Below are positions 49,620 to 57,887 of a stretch of 64,000 nt of DNA, one piece after another (the first letter of the stretch is position 1; every line of letters begins with the position of its first letter). The notes under the pieces are model-generated. The model ran no database searches. It had not been told where the DNA came from and worked only from the letters and a program-made list of their open reading frames with translations. This stretch comes from an uncultured Nitrososphaerota archaeon (GTDB taxonomy: Archaea > Thermoproteota > Nitrososphaeria > Nitrososphaerales > Gagatemarchaeaceae): NCBI GenBank assembly GCA_963703285.1, contig OY969807.1, positions 1,280,001 through 1,344,000 on the forward strand. The letters run 5' to 3'. Position numbers and translations under genes: made by a program.

Positions 49620-50660
49620 TGTGCTATCCCGAAATGAGTTCGCCCCTTTCTAGCTCTTCTGGGCATGGTATGTCTCTCCCGATTCCTCGTCCGTCACCAT
49701 CCCTTCCTTGTCGGGCATCTTCCTCAGGTATGCCTGGTAAGGGGTCTCGATGACGTCCAGGTTCAGCGACATGTGCGGTCTCGTCACGTTGTACCACTCC
49801 ATCAGCTCGTCGATGCTGCCGAAGAATCGGCGCTTGTCCTTGACCGTCCTGAAGAAACGTTCCACCTTCCCGTTGGTCTGCGGGTGTGACACCCTCGATA
49901 GGACCTGCCTGATCTCGCTCTCGATGAGGTACTTCTCGAACGCCGTCAGCCCCCTCAGCCTGTCGCCAGCCTCCACGGCGTAGAACTGTATTCCCCTGTC
50001 CGTGAGGATCGAGGCGGGCTTCCCGTGCTTCTTGATGGCTTCCTTCAGCACCTCCACGGCGTGCTCCGACGTCGCCTCGGGGAACAACCCGTACCCGACG
50101 ATGAACCTTGAGGCATCGTCAAGGTATGCGATGAGCCATCCCATACCCTCGATGAGGGTCCAGTCCGTGTGCCAGAGCGAGTTCGAGTACTTCCTCTCGT
50201 ATCGTACCCACTTCCTCCTCCTCTGCTTCCTCGGTTCGTCCCTCGCGAGTCCCATCGACCTCATCACCCTGTGGATGCGGTTGTGAGGTATGTGCGTCGC
50301 GTAGTTAACCTCGATGACGCGCTCGAGGACGACCGCTCCCGCCCTGTGCCTTGCGTAGGCCTCTGCGACGACCTTCGACTCTTGTTCAGTCGCCTCGACG
50401 CGCTTCCTTCCCGGCCTCTTCAGCTCTGGTATCGCACCTGTCGTGCGATAGGACGCGTAGAGCTCCTGGACCCTCCTCACCGAGACCCCCATCGAGCTCG
50501 CTATCGCGGAGTTCCTCATCCCGTCCTCCTTCTGCCTGACGATCCACGCTACTTTGATGGGATCGAGCTTCATGTAGACGTAGAAGCGTCTTCCCCTGTT
50601 CCATACCCACCTCGCTCTAATCTTGATGGCAAGGGGGTGAACCAATTTCAGGATAACAGA
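49620..50660 (-). mobile_element. IS481-family insertion sequence (1041 bp)
   Basis: Imperfect ~29-bp TIRs (49620-48 / 50631-60); flanking direct repeat AACCAAAAATAGTTC at 49605-19 and 50661-75. Confidence 0.9.
49650..50573 (-). CDS. IS481-family DDE transposase
   Basis: WHTD, DDASR, TDRG.QF, PQTNGKVERF, YN..RPH.SL. Confidence 0.92.
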   Translation of the reverse strand: MKLDPIKVAWIVRQKEDGMRNSAIASSMGVSVRRVQELYASYRTTGAIPELKRPGRKRVEATEQESKVVAEAYARHRAGAVVLERVIEVNYATHIPHNRIHRVMRSMGLARDEPRKQRRRKWVRYERKYSNSLWHTDWTLIEGMGWLIAYLDDASRFIVGYGLFPEATSEHAVEVLKEAIKKHGKPASILTDRGIQFYAVEAGDRLRGLTAFEKYLIESEIRQVLSRVSHPQTNGKVERFFRTVKDKRRFFGSIDELMEWYNVTRPHMSLNLDVIETPYQAYLRKMPDKEGMVTDEESGETYHAQKS

Positions 50661-50712
50661 AACCAAAAATAGTTCCTCAACCATTAAATAATTCGGACCG
50701 CCGTTAACGGGC

Positions 50713-51123
50713 ATGGTTGTCAAGACTATCGTCCACTTCGAGATTCCGGCCAGCGACGTAGAGAAGCTGTCCAGATTCTACTCGGACGTCTTCGGGTGGA
50801 AGTTCACCAAGGCGCCGATGCCTGATATGGAGTACTGGATGATCTCCACGGGCCCCAGGGCGAAGAGCATCGGAGGCGGGATGTACAAGAAGGATAGGGA
50901 AGAGGACATGCCCCGCAACTTCATCGCGGTCGACAAGATAGACAGGGCGATCGAGGCTTTCCAAAGCGCGGGTGGGAAGGAGGTCGTCGGGAAGCAGGAG
51001 GTCCCGGGGATGGGATGGTCGTACATAGGCACCGACCCCGAGGGGAACCTGCTCGCGCTCTGGGAGACCGTGAGAGCGAGGCCGAGGCGGCGGAGAAGCT
51101 CCTCCAGCAGCTCGAGCCGGTAA
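50713..51123 (+). CDS. VOC/glyoxalase family protein
   Basis: VHFEI, FYSDVFGW, DPEGN. Confidence 0.88.
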   Translation: MVVKTIVHFEIPASDVEKLSRFYSDVFGWKFTKAPMPDMEYWMISTGPRAKSIGGGMYKKDREEDMPRNFIAVDKIDRAIEAFQSAGGKEVVGKQEVPGMGWSYIGTDPEGNLLALWETVRARPRRRRSSSSSSSR

Positions 51124-51489
51124 GACAGCCCGTCGAGGGTTATTCTCACTCTTGGGAATCGTCTGGCTCCTTTAGTAGTCTCCCCGGGCATTAATCGGCG
51201 GAGGTTCCGGGGAAAGAGAGTGAAGGGCGAAGAGAGCGATAGTCTGGATTAAAAGTTGTTATCAGCCACATGTCGCTCAAGGATGCCCCGACTCCCCCAG
51301 AGCGGCCCCTTACGTCGAGTGTCCGTAATCGACAAGATAAACTTAACCATGCTTTGGCGGGTGTTTCGTCCGGTCTGAGGTTGAGGCTATGGTCAAGTCC
51401 ACTCCCGTAGATAGACGAGAGTCCCCCGGGACACGTTGTCTACGAACGAGGCATTAACTAGGGACCGCTTGCATCTTAGTGCGATTGGC

Positions 51490-51965
51490 ATGGAGGGGGA
51501 CGGGAGCAGCTTCGACTCTTCGAGGGCAGAGCTCTTCGAGGCGCTTGGACATCCCACGCGCGTGAGGATTCTCAGAACCCTGAGAGAAAACCGATGGGCT
51601 TCTCCGAGCTCAAGAGAGAATTGGGCATCGAGAGCAGCGGCCACCTGCAGTTTCATCTGGCTAAGCTGTCAGGACTCGTCAAGACCGACGGGACCGGCGA
51701 CTACGCGCTCACGGACGAGGGGAGGGGGGCGCTCCATGTGGCGGAGACGGCCCTGCGCTCCGAGCTCCAGGGGCGTTCGAAGGGACGGGGCAACATCTCG
51801 GCGCGTTTCGTGATGGCCATCGTAGCAGTCTCCGTTGTGTGGGCGTGTGTCATGGTTGCGACCTCGATGGAACTCGCCGGCACCTCGTTCGATTCTGTCG
51901 TAATCATACTCGGGGGCGGGTTCATCGCGTGTCTTCTCATCTTGGCGAGGATTGGCCGGACGTGA
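51490..51965 (+). CDS. ArsR-like wHTH regulator with two C-terminal TM helices; frameshift in the A-run at ~51590
   Basis: LFEALGHPTRVRIL / MGFSELKRELGIESSGHLQFHL..L, Y.LT..G. Confidence 0.75.
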
Positions 51966-52184
51966 GGGGGCCATCAAGAGTAGATCCGGCCATAATTCCA
52001 ACCTGAACGACGCCAGCGGTCGGCGAACGGTCCGAGGTCGGCGGCGCCGAAGATGAATCGTGGTCCGCAACCCCCGGGCTCGTGCATCTTTCCGCTCATC
52101 CTTTCACCTTCAAACTTATCTCGTAGCCCTTGACCATGGCCGGACTGTGGGAGGAAAGCCAGACTAGACAGTGTTCCGCGACGA

Positions 52185-52328
52185 GGGGGCGTAGCCTAGC
52201 CAGGTATGGCGACAGGCTCCAGTGGTCAAACTATCGAAAGTTTGATGACACCCAGGCGTGGATGATTAACCAGTTGGAGCGGCGAAGAAACCTGTAGGCC
52301 GCCGGTTCAAGTCCGGCCGCCCCCACCA
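52185..52328 (+). tRNA. tRNA-Trp(CCA) with ~67-nt intron (~52223-52289)
   Basis: GGGGGCG/CGCCCCC-A-CCA; ACAGG-CT-CCA...CCTGT. Confidence 0.9.
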
Positions 52329-52356
52329 ATTTTGCCGTGTTAGCGAGAATTTTGCC

Positions 52357-52545
52357 TCATTTCAGCCCATGATACAGAAGCTTGGCGTACAGCCTGGCCT
52401 TGATCACGGCTTCATCGCTCGTAATGCGGTCGGGCTCGGAGAGGATGAGGTCCCTCAGCGCGCTCGAAGAAGGCAGCCTGGTCCCGGCCAGCTTCTTCAG
52501 CTCGACCATGCTGATGAACTCTTGTTCGTGTTCAGGAACCCGCAT
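52357..52545 (-). CDS. Small hypothetical protein
   Basis: 62-aa ORF (LRDLILSEPD) with host-like codons. Confidence 0.55.
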   Translation of the reverse strand: MRVPEHEQEFISMVELKKLAGTRLPSSSALRDLILSEPDRITSDEAVIKARLYAKLLYHGLK

Positions 52546-52720
52546 CCTCAACCGTGTTTTGATGGCCCGGGGGAGATTTAACGCAGGATTGGGAACAAAC
52601 TGGGGGGGTCCCCAGCACCCGGTCCACAGGAGATTTGTCCCCGGCGGAGGCACAATGAACCCTACGCGCTGCCATTCTTTTGGCTATGCCCTATCCAGCC
52701 ATCGAGAGCGACGCCGGGCG

Positions 52721-53020
52721 CTAGGCACAGGTGATGCCTCCTGGCGGATACGCCGTAGGAAGCCACCAAAGATACCCTCCCGATACCACGTACACGACTC
52801 CGTAGCTGGACAGCGAATACGAGACCGACCCGAAGATCCACGACATTGGGTTTTGACCCACGATTATCGCACCGCCCCAGCACCAGGCGTGCTGTGCGTA
52901 CAGGTCGGGGGTGGACACTCTCATTGGTACAACTGGAACGAGGAAGAGAAACACCGGCACAATGACACATGCGGCGACCACGGCCAACCTGTGGGTGCGC
53001 TTCATACGCCTCACCCACAC
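52721..53020 (-). CDS. Small membrane protein (VPVV family)
   Basis: FLFLVPVVP...GSVSY.L..YGVVY; paralogue of 53748-54029. Confidence 0.7.
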   Translation of the reverse strand: MWVRRMKRTHRLAVVAACVIVPVFLFLVPVVPMRVSTPDLYAQHAWCWGGAIIVGQNPMSWIFGSVSYSLSSYGVVYVVSGGYLWWLPTAYPPGGITCA

Positions 53021-53045
53021 GCTAGAATGGAGCTTGGCACCAAGA

Positions 53046-53660
53046 TCATGCGCCTGACAAGGATGCAGAGGGACGCGGGACGCCTGCTGGTACGCTGTCT
53101 CTGACGATCTCCTTGTTGAACTCCTTGAGGAGCTGGAGCAGGACCTCTCCCTGCTTGGTGAGCCGGTACATCCTCACGTTCCCGAAGGCGTGGTCTTCGT
53201 GGACCAAGCCGTACCTGTTGAGAAGGACGATGTGGTAGTCCACCGCCTTCCAGTCGAGTCCAAGTTCTTGTGCGAGCTGCAACCTGTCCTTGGGCATCGA
53301 CAGTGAATCGAGGAGACTCAGCCTCGTCTTGGCACCCTTCATCTTCATGAAGAGGTCGAAGGTGCTTGAGTCGAAGCCGAGGCTCTCCCAGCGCGACCTC
53401 ATCCTTCCCCGCCAAATCCAGACGCCTCCCACGAGCGCCCAACTGGCCGTGGAGAGCGCCGGAGAGCTGCTGAGGAAGAACTGGAACGTCGACTGGGCCG
53501 GCGACGAAGGCGAGACGACACCCTGCGCTGAAAAGCCGCTGGTTGAAGTTTGCAGGGAGGTAAGTGTCTCCGACGGGCTCACAAGATGGACCATGAGAAA
53601 CACGGTGTTGACTATCGCGAAGGCGACTACCACTGCCAGGACGAAGGAAGCTCGCGACAT
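53046..53660 (-). CDS. Membrane-anchored wHTH transcription regulator
   Basis: Two TM segments then MKGAKTR..LL...QLA..LGLDWKAVDYH...YRLT..G. Confidence 0.8.
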   Translation of the reverse strand: MSRASFVLAVVVAFAIVNTVFLMVHLVSPSETLTSLQTSTSGFSAQGVVSPSSPAQSTFQFFLSSSPALSTASWALVGGVWIWRGRMRSRWESLGFDSSTFDLFMKMKGAKTRLSLLDSLSMPKDRLQLAQELGLDWKAVDYHIVLLNRYGLVHEDHAFGNVRMYRLTKQGEVLLQLLKEFNKEIVRDSVPAGVPRPSASLSGA

Positions 53661-53676
53661 CGGTGAAAAGGATGGC

Positions 53677-53704
53677 TCTGTTGATAAATACTTTATTCCG
53701 AGTG
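53677..53704 (-). promoter_or_regulatory. Variant of the array repeat (CACTCGGAATA AAGTAT TTATCAACAGA)
   Basis: Shares CTCGGAATAAA.TATT.ATCA with the copy at 54117; TATA-like part lies ~25-30 bp upstream of ATG 53660. Confidence 0.6.
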
Positions 53705-53747
53705 GTCGGAAGTAACCTTAACCAACGACACGAAGGTTGGTGATGGA

Positions 53748-54029
53748 ATGCAGCGCATCGCCAAGGTTGCAGTAGCCTGCGTCGGTGCAGCAGGCATGTT
53801 GGCCTTCCTGTTCCTCGTTCCCATCGTCCCGACAACAGTCACGACCTATGACTTGTATTCACAACATGGATTGTGCATTGGCAGTGAAATCGACCCGGCT
53901 CCGACTCTGCTGATCTACGGCTCCGCTTCGTACACGTTGTCGCACTATGGACTAGTCTATGTCCCCGCCGGCGGTCACCTCTGGTGGCTCCCATCCTCAG
54001 GGCAAACGTCAAAGCTTGCCTGCATCTAG
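53748..54029 (+). CDS. Small membrane protein (VPVV family)
   Basis: FLFLVPIVP, DLY.QH..C, GG.LWWLP shared with 52721-53020. Confidence 0.7.
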   Translation: MQRIAKVAVACVGAAGMLAFLFLVPIVPTTVTTYDLYSQHGLCIGSEIDPAPTLLIYGSASYTLSHYGLVYVPAGGHLWWLPSSGQTSKLACI

Positions 54030-54116
54030 TGCATCACCAAACGAACAGTGTGGACGCGGAAGATTCTGGTGGCGCAATTTCCACCCTGTCTTTCCGCTCC
54101 GCCGTCACCGCAACCT

Positions 54117-54144
54117 CGCTCGGAATAAACTATTAATCATGAGT
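54117..54144 (+). repeat. Direct repeat copy 5, variant (CGCTCGGAATA AACTAT TAATCATGAGT)
   Basis: 17/19 match to the array core. Confidence 0.8.
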
Positions 54145-54168
54145 CGCACTTTCACCAGCCGAGTTGGC

Positions 54169-54414
54169 GTGCATGATCGGAGAACGGTCGGTCCGATTGC
54201 AATCACCATAGTCGCTGTCGCAGCCTTTCTCTTCGTGCTCCTCGTCCCGATAGTGCCGATGGGCGAGTCCACCCCGTGCGGCGTCTCCTGCCCTCAGTGC
54301 TTCTGTCCGGCTGAACCTCTGTATCACCTGTACGGCTCGATTTCCTACGCGCTGACCCATCACGGAGTGGTCGTCCTCTCCGAGCCGAACGGGCCGCTAG
54401 TGAAGTTCGTTTGA
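54169..54414 (+). CDS. Small Cys-rich membrane protein (VPVV family)
   Basis: LVPIVP, CGVSCPQCFC, YGSISY.L..HG; start uncertain. Confidence 0.6.
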   Translation: MHDRRTVGPIAITIVAVAAFLFVLLVPIVPMGESTPCGVSCPQCFCPAEPLYHLYGSISYALTHHGVVVLSEPNGPLVKFV

Positions 54415-54656
54415 AAGCCACGCAATCAGGATTCGTTGCGGTTTCGGTCTTGGTGGTGGCGTTCTTCTTCGTGGTGCCAGTGGTCGGCGGCGCTGAGCAG
54501 GGCCCGGGTGGTCCTCCAGCGTTCCACTACGAGGTCTCCCTCGGGTGTCTTCTTGGCGTCGGCGACATCTACTATGAAGGTGGGCTGCACCTTGGGTGTA
54601 CGCCACCACTCATCCCATTGCCAGATGTTTTCGCGGAGCCGTACAGTGGCCGGTGA
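54411..54656 (+). CDS. Small Cys-containing membrane protein (VPVV family)
   Basis: FFFVVPVV...SLGC...YYEG...GC; homologous to 5129-5356. Confidence 0.6.
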   Translation: MKATQSGFVAVSVLVVAFFFVVPVVGGAEQGPGGPPAFHYEVSLGCLLGVGDIYYEGGLHLGCTPPLIPLPDVFAEPYSGR

Positions 54657-54907
54657 GGTTCGTTTGGGCGGTTCGACTCCTATGAGGGGCCAGGCTACCT
54701 CCCTCTGTCTAAAGGGTGGTCTCAAAGCTGCCCACATGTGCCCCGAATCGCGTCGGAAGATTGTGTGGTCCAGTTGGTCGAGAACCCATCTGAATCAGCC
54801 GGATTGACCCTTTGACCGACTTTTCTGCCCTCACGACTAAATGCAGCAAATGTCGCCTGAAAGATTTAACGAGGGGCCAGCGCGCGAAACGCGCGGGATA
54901 GCTCGAT

Positions 54908-55420
54908 TTGAAACTTTGGATAATTGGGCTTGCCTGTGCGATTGGGCTAACCCTTGGGTTGTACTTCTTGGGCGCTGGAATCTTCGACCTCTGCTATAGT
55001 ATCGGGTCCATTCGGCCCGAAGCATGCGCCTCTGGTGGTTTTCAGGCAGCACAGGATTACTCTCTTGTAGCAATAGGAGTCTCACTCGCATTGGTCTCCC
55101 TGATCGCTTTAGCTTCTGCTCTCAAGAGAAGGGGGAGTTTCGAGTCGAGTGTCTGGATAACCTGGTTCGTCAGGTCGGTCTTTGTGCTCGGGATAGCCTT
55201 GGGAATCCTAACCTTCTTCGGTTCTCTTGCTGGTCTTTGCGACCCCTTTGGGCCTTTTGGAACGACGGCAACATTCTGTACTTCCTTCGACCCGTATGAA
55301 GCAATCGGTCCTTTCCTTACGTTGCTGTCTCTGGTCGGTTTAGCCTATTCATTCAAGACAACGAAGCACCGGGATTCCCGCATGAACCTGGATGGCGATT
55401 CAGTTCGCAGTAATCGGTAA
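54908..55420 (+). CDS. Four-TM hypothetical protein with two Cys-pair loops
   Basis: TM-C..C-TM unit present twice. Confidence 0.55.
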   Translation: MKLWIIGLACAIGLTLGLYFLGAGIFDLCYSIGSIRPEACASGGFQAAQDYSLVAIGVSLALVSLIALASALKRRGSFESSVWITWFVRSVFVLGIALGILTFFGSLAGLCDPFGPFGTTATFCTSFDPYEAIGPFLTLLSLVGLAYSFKTTKHRDSRMNLDGDSVRSNR

Positions 55421-55467
55421 TGGGTAAAGGTTCGAATATCCTCCGGGATTCTTCTTCGTCGAGAGCT

Positions 55468-55563
55468 CTATCGCCTGATGGCTTTCCTAACTTGCGGCAG
55501 TGCGGCGGCGAAAGCCGTGTGCGGGCAGTAGTCTGTGTTGTCGTCCATCTCGCAGTAGAGCAT
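55468..55563 (-). pseudogene. Short ORF or remnant MLYCEMDDNTDYCPHTAFAAALPQVRKAIRR; second diverged copy at 56345-56416
   Basis: 14/23 aa identity between copies, same stop position. Confidence 0.5.
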
Positions 55564-55613
55564 GATTAAGAACTATATACACTTATATAATTCGTTGCTT
55601 AACAGCATTCACA

Positions 55614-55907
55614 TTGCTCAAGGAGCATCATCGATTAAAGGACAGTTCTGCGATTCATTCTCCTACCCTAGACACCATCATGATGGTGGAATCTGCGATT
55701 AAGAACAGCAACGTCCCGCCTTCAAGGATGCAGCTGTGGCGCTCCCTCCCGCGGAAGACGATGTACCAGACGTTCGTCGGCGTCCTGGAGTACCTGGAAG
55801 CGTCAAACAAGATCATGTTCGACGGGAAGGGCAGGATCGTCTGGGTGGCTGTCGACAACCCGAAGCTGGAAGCGCTCCTCAAGGCGAGCGTGAAGCTGCG
55901 CGCCTAG
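55614..55907 (+). CDS. Small wHTH protein (possible antitoxin or regulator)
   Basis: SPTLDTIMMVE...QLW.SLP...YQTF..VLEYL..SNKI; AT-rich promoter upstream. Confidence 0.6.
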   Translation: MLKEHHRLKDSSAIHSPTLDTIMMVESAIKNSNVPPSRMQLWRSLPRKTMYQTFVGVLEYLEASNKIMFDGKGRIVWVAVDNPKLEALLKASVKLRA

Positions 55908-56248
55908 ACGTCATAGCCGAACTTCTTCGCGTAATTCTTGTGCGTGGGAAAGAACTCGATCACTCTTACTAGACCGCTTCCGGCTTGACTCAGGGTCACC
56001 GTGTACGTGATTCTAGCTCCTCTAGCGAGGTCGGCCTTGTAGACGTTGCTCAATCCCATGGTTCTGTACTCGTCGGGCCATCTGTCCTTCGGTACGAACG
56101 CGCCCGCGTCCAAGGGCCTCTGTTCGAGCGCGTCAGCGAGCGAATCTATCGACTTTTTCATCTGCTCGTCTTTCATCATTCGGTAGACCGCTCTAAACTC
56201 GACGGAGACGACAAGGCCGAACTTCTTCCCCGTAGCTTTGTCGCTCAT
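55904..56248 (-). CDS. RelE/ParE-like toxin-fold protein
   Basis: NVYKADL..GARITY...VIEFF.THK.Y.K.FGY. Confidence 0.55.
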   Translation of the reverse strand: MSDKATGKKFGLVVSVEFRAVYRMMKDEQMKKSIDSLADALEQRPLDAGAFVPKDRWPDEYRTMGLSNVYKADLARGARITYTVTLSQAGSGLVRVIEFFPTHKNYAKKFGYDV

Positions 56249-56448
56249 TACTCATCTCCGCCGATTACGGTCATTGGCGTGCAGTTAGTTGCCGTCGTCC
56301 TTTATAGCCACGCTATCGAGAACAGCAGTCAGCGTCCCTCCCAGTTATCGCCAGATTGCGCTCATGACCTGTGACAGAGACGCCGCGAAGGTTGTTTGTG
56401 GACAGCATTCCGTGTTGTGTCCGGCCGCCCCCACCACTTTACGCGTAA

Positions 56449-56689
56449 ATGGAAAGCAGGAGGACCGCCGGGCCGATCGCGTACAACGACTGGGGCTTCA
56501 TGCTCTCCCTCGGCAGGAACGTCGGCGTCGCCGACCTCGGCTGGCTCAAGACCTCCGGCTTCCTGGGGGGCCATCTGGAGGGTCGTTCACATCTTGCTGA
56601 TCTCCGCCTCGCGCTACAGGTCGGGCGCGGTCTTCGACTGGGCCTTCGCCTACCTCAACAGGCGGAACACGGCCCACACCGAGGCCTAG
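56449..56689 (+). pseudogene. C-terminal fragment of a type II NADH dehydrogenase-like gene
   Basis: Y.D.G.MLSLGRN.GVA...SGFLG / WRVVH...DW..AY; truncated next to the att site. Confidence 0.6.
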
Positions 56690-56931
56690 TGACTAGGGCG
56701 TTCGGGCCGGGCGCCACTGAACCTTGGGAGACCTGCTCCAATCGATAACTCCTGCAATCTTTGAAGAGAATCATTGCAAATAGAGGAAGATGCCACCTCC
56801 CCTTCTGCCGAATCTTCAAAAGGATGCCACCCGCCTCCGCGGAGATGTTCGCTTTTGTTCGCGATTGCGAACAAACGCACGGACGACTTCTTAACCAGTG
56901 ACTCACCAGTAATCCACAGGAAGCAAAAGAA

Positions 56932-57570
56932 ATGACAGAATCCGTGAAAGGGAAACAAAACATCGAGGCCCTATCCGGGCTGACATCGGGATCTGTGGGA
57001 TCTGCAGAATCTGCAGGACTTGCAGGACTGATGTCGGGTCTGAAGGGAAGGTGGGCAGGAAGATGGGTCAAGGCGGCGCTGGTCCAGGGTGCGATCGCAG
57101 CGATTGTGACCGTGCTCATCATACAGCCACTGAGCTACTTCAACATCACCCCGTACTTCAATCCGGGCATGGTGATAGCCGGGGGAGGAGGTGGAACCTG
57201 GCTCTTCACCGGGTACATCATCTACCTGGTCGTCGGCGTTATAGGGGTCGCTGCCACGGCAGGCGTCTACCTCTACTTCGAAGGCGTGCTGGGCAGGGTG
57301 TACAGTGGATTCAGCAACTATCTCGCGTGGGGACAGTTCGTCCTCATGAACGTCGGGGTCGCTGGCTCCATGCTCCTGATGATGTATGGGGGCTACCTGG
57401 CGGGATGGGCAGGCGCAGCCAAGGCCTCGGGAGGCCTCGGGTACAACAACGGACAGATCCACGTGGTCTACCTCAGCCACTTCGAGGACCCGATAGGGCT
57501 GCTGGCCCTCATAGCAGTCCTCGGCCTGGTCATCGGCGGCCTGGGCTTCGTACTGAAGAGCAGGAAGTAA
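56932..57570 (+). CDS. Hypothetical multi-TM protein
   Basis: AGGGGGTW, LMNVGV; paralogue of 58903-59424. Confidence 0.7.
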   Translation: MTESVKGKQNIEALSGLTSGSVGSAESAGLAGLMSGLKGRWAGRWVKAALVQGAIAAIVTVLIIQPLSYFNITPYFNPGMVIAGGGGGTWLFTGYIIYLVVGVIGVAATAGVYLYFEGVLGRVYSGFSNYLAWGQFVLMNVGVAGSMLLMMYGGYLAGWAGAAKASGGLGYNNGQIHVVYLSHFEDPIGLLALIAVLGLVIGGLGFVLKSRK

Positions 57571-57662
57571 GAAGCCTGCAAGAGGTGGGCGAGAAGATGG
57601 CTCAAAGGAGAGCTCGGGCGGGAGCCCGGCTCCTCCTTCCACATTTTTTGAGATGAAGCAAG

Positions 57663-57887
57663 ATGCCTAGAGCGCAATACGCGACGGTGAAGATCCCGGA
57701 GGAGCTCGCCAAGACACTGGACAGCGCGGTGGAGATGTGGGGCTACAGGAGCAGGGCCGAGATAGTCGACGACGCAATCAGGATGTTCATAATGCGGATG
57801 ACGGAGCTGAAGCACTCGGAGAGCCCGCAGAGCGCGGGGACCATCGTCAGTCCCGTGAGCCGACCCGCGAAGAACTCCCTCCGATAA
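57663..57887 (+). CDS. Ribbon-helix-helix (CopG/Arc/MetJ) regulator
   Basis: YATVKIPEEL...GYRSRAEIV.DAIR. Confidence 0.75.
   Translation: MPRAQYATVKIPEELAKTLDSAVEMWGYRSRAEIVDDAIRMFIMRMTELKHSESPQSAGTIVSPVSRPAKNSLR

Larger units (their letters stand above)
52311..56436. mobile_element. tRNA-Trp-integrated island without integrase
   Basis: 18-bp direct repeat GTCCGGCCGCCCCCACCA at 52311-28 and 56419-36; lower-GC hypothetical genes inside. Confidence 0.8.

Noticed and set aside
49605-49635. Link between the IS481 target/TIR and the 19-bp array repeat (shared AATAGTT, CCGAA)
   Set aside because: Only short AT-rich matches; the array repeats are direct and lack TIR partners or TSDs.
54665-54695. 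T-loop-like GGTTCGACTCC suggesting a tRNA fragment
   Set aside because: No stems or cloverleaf, and it does not match tRNA-Trp.
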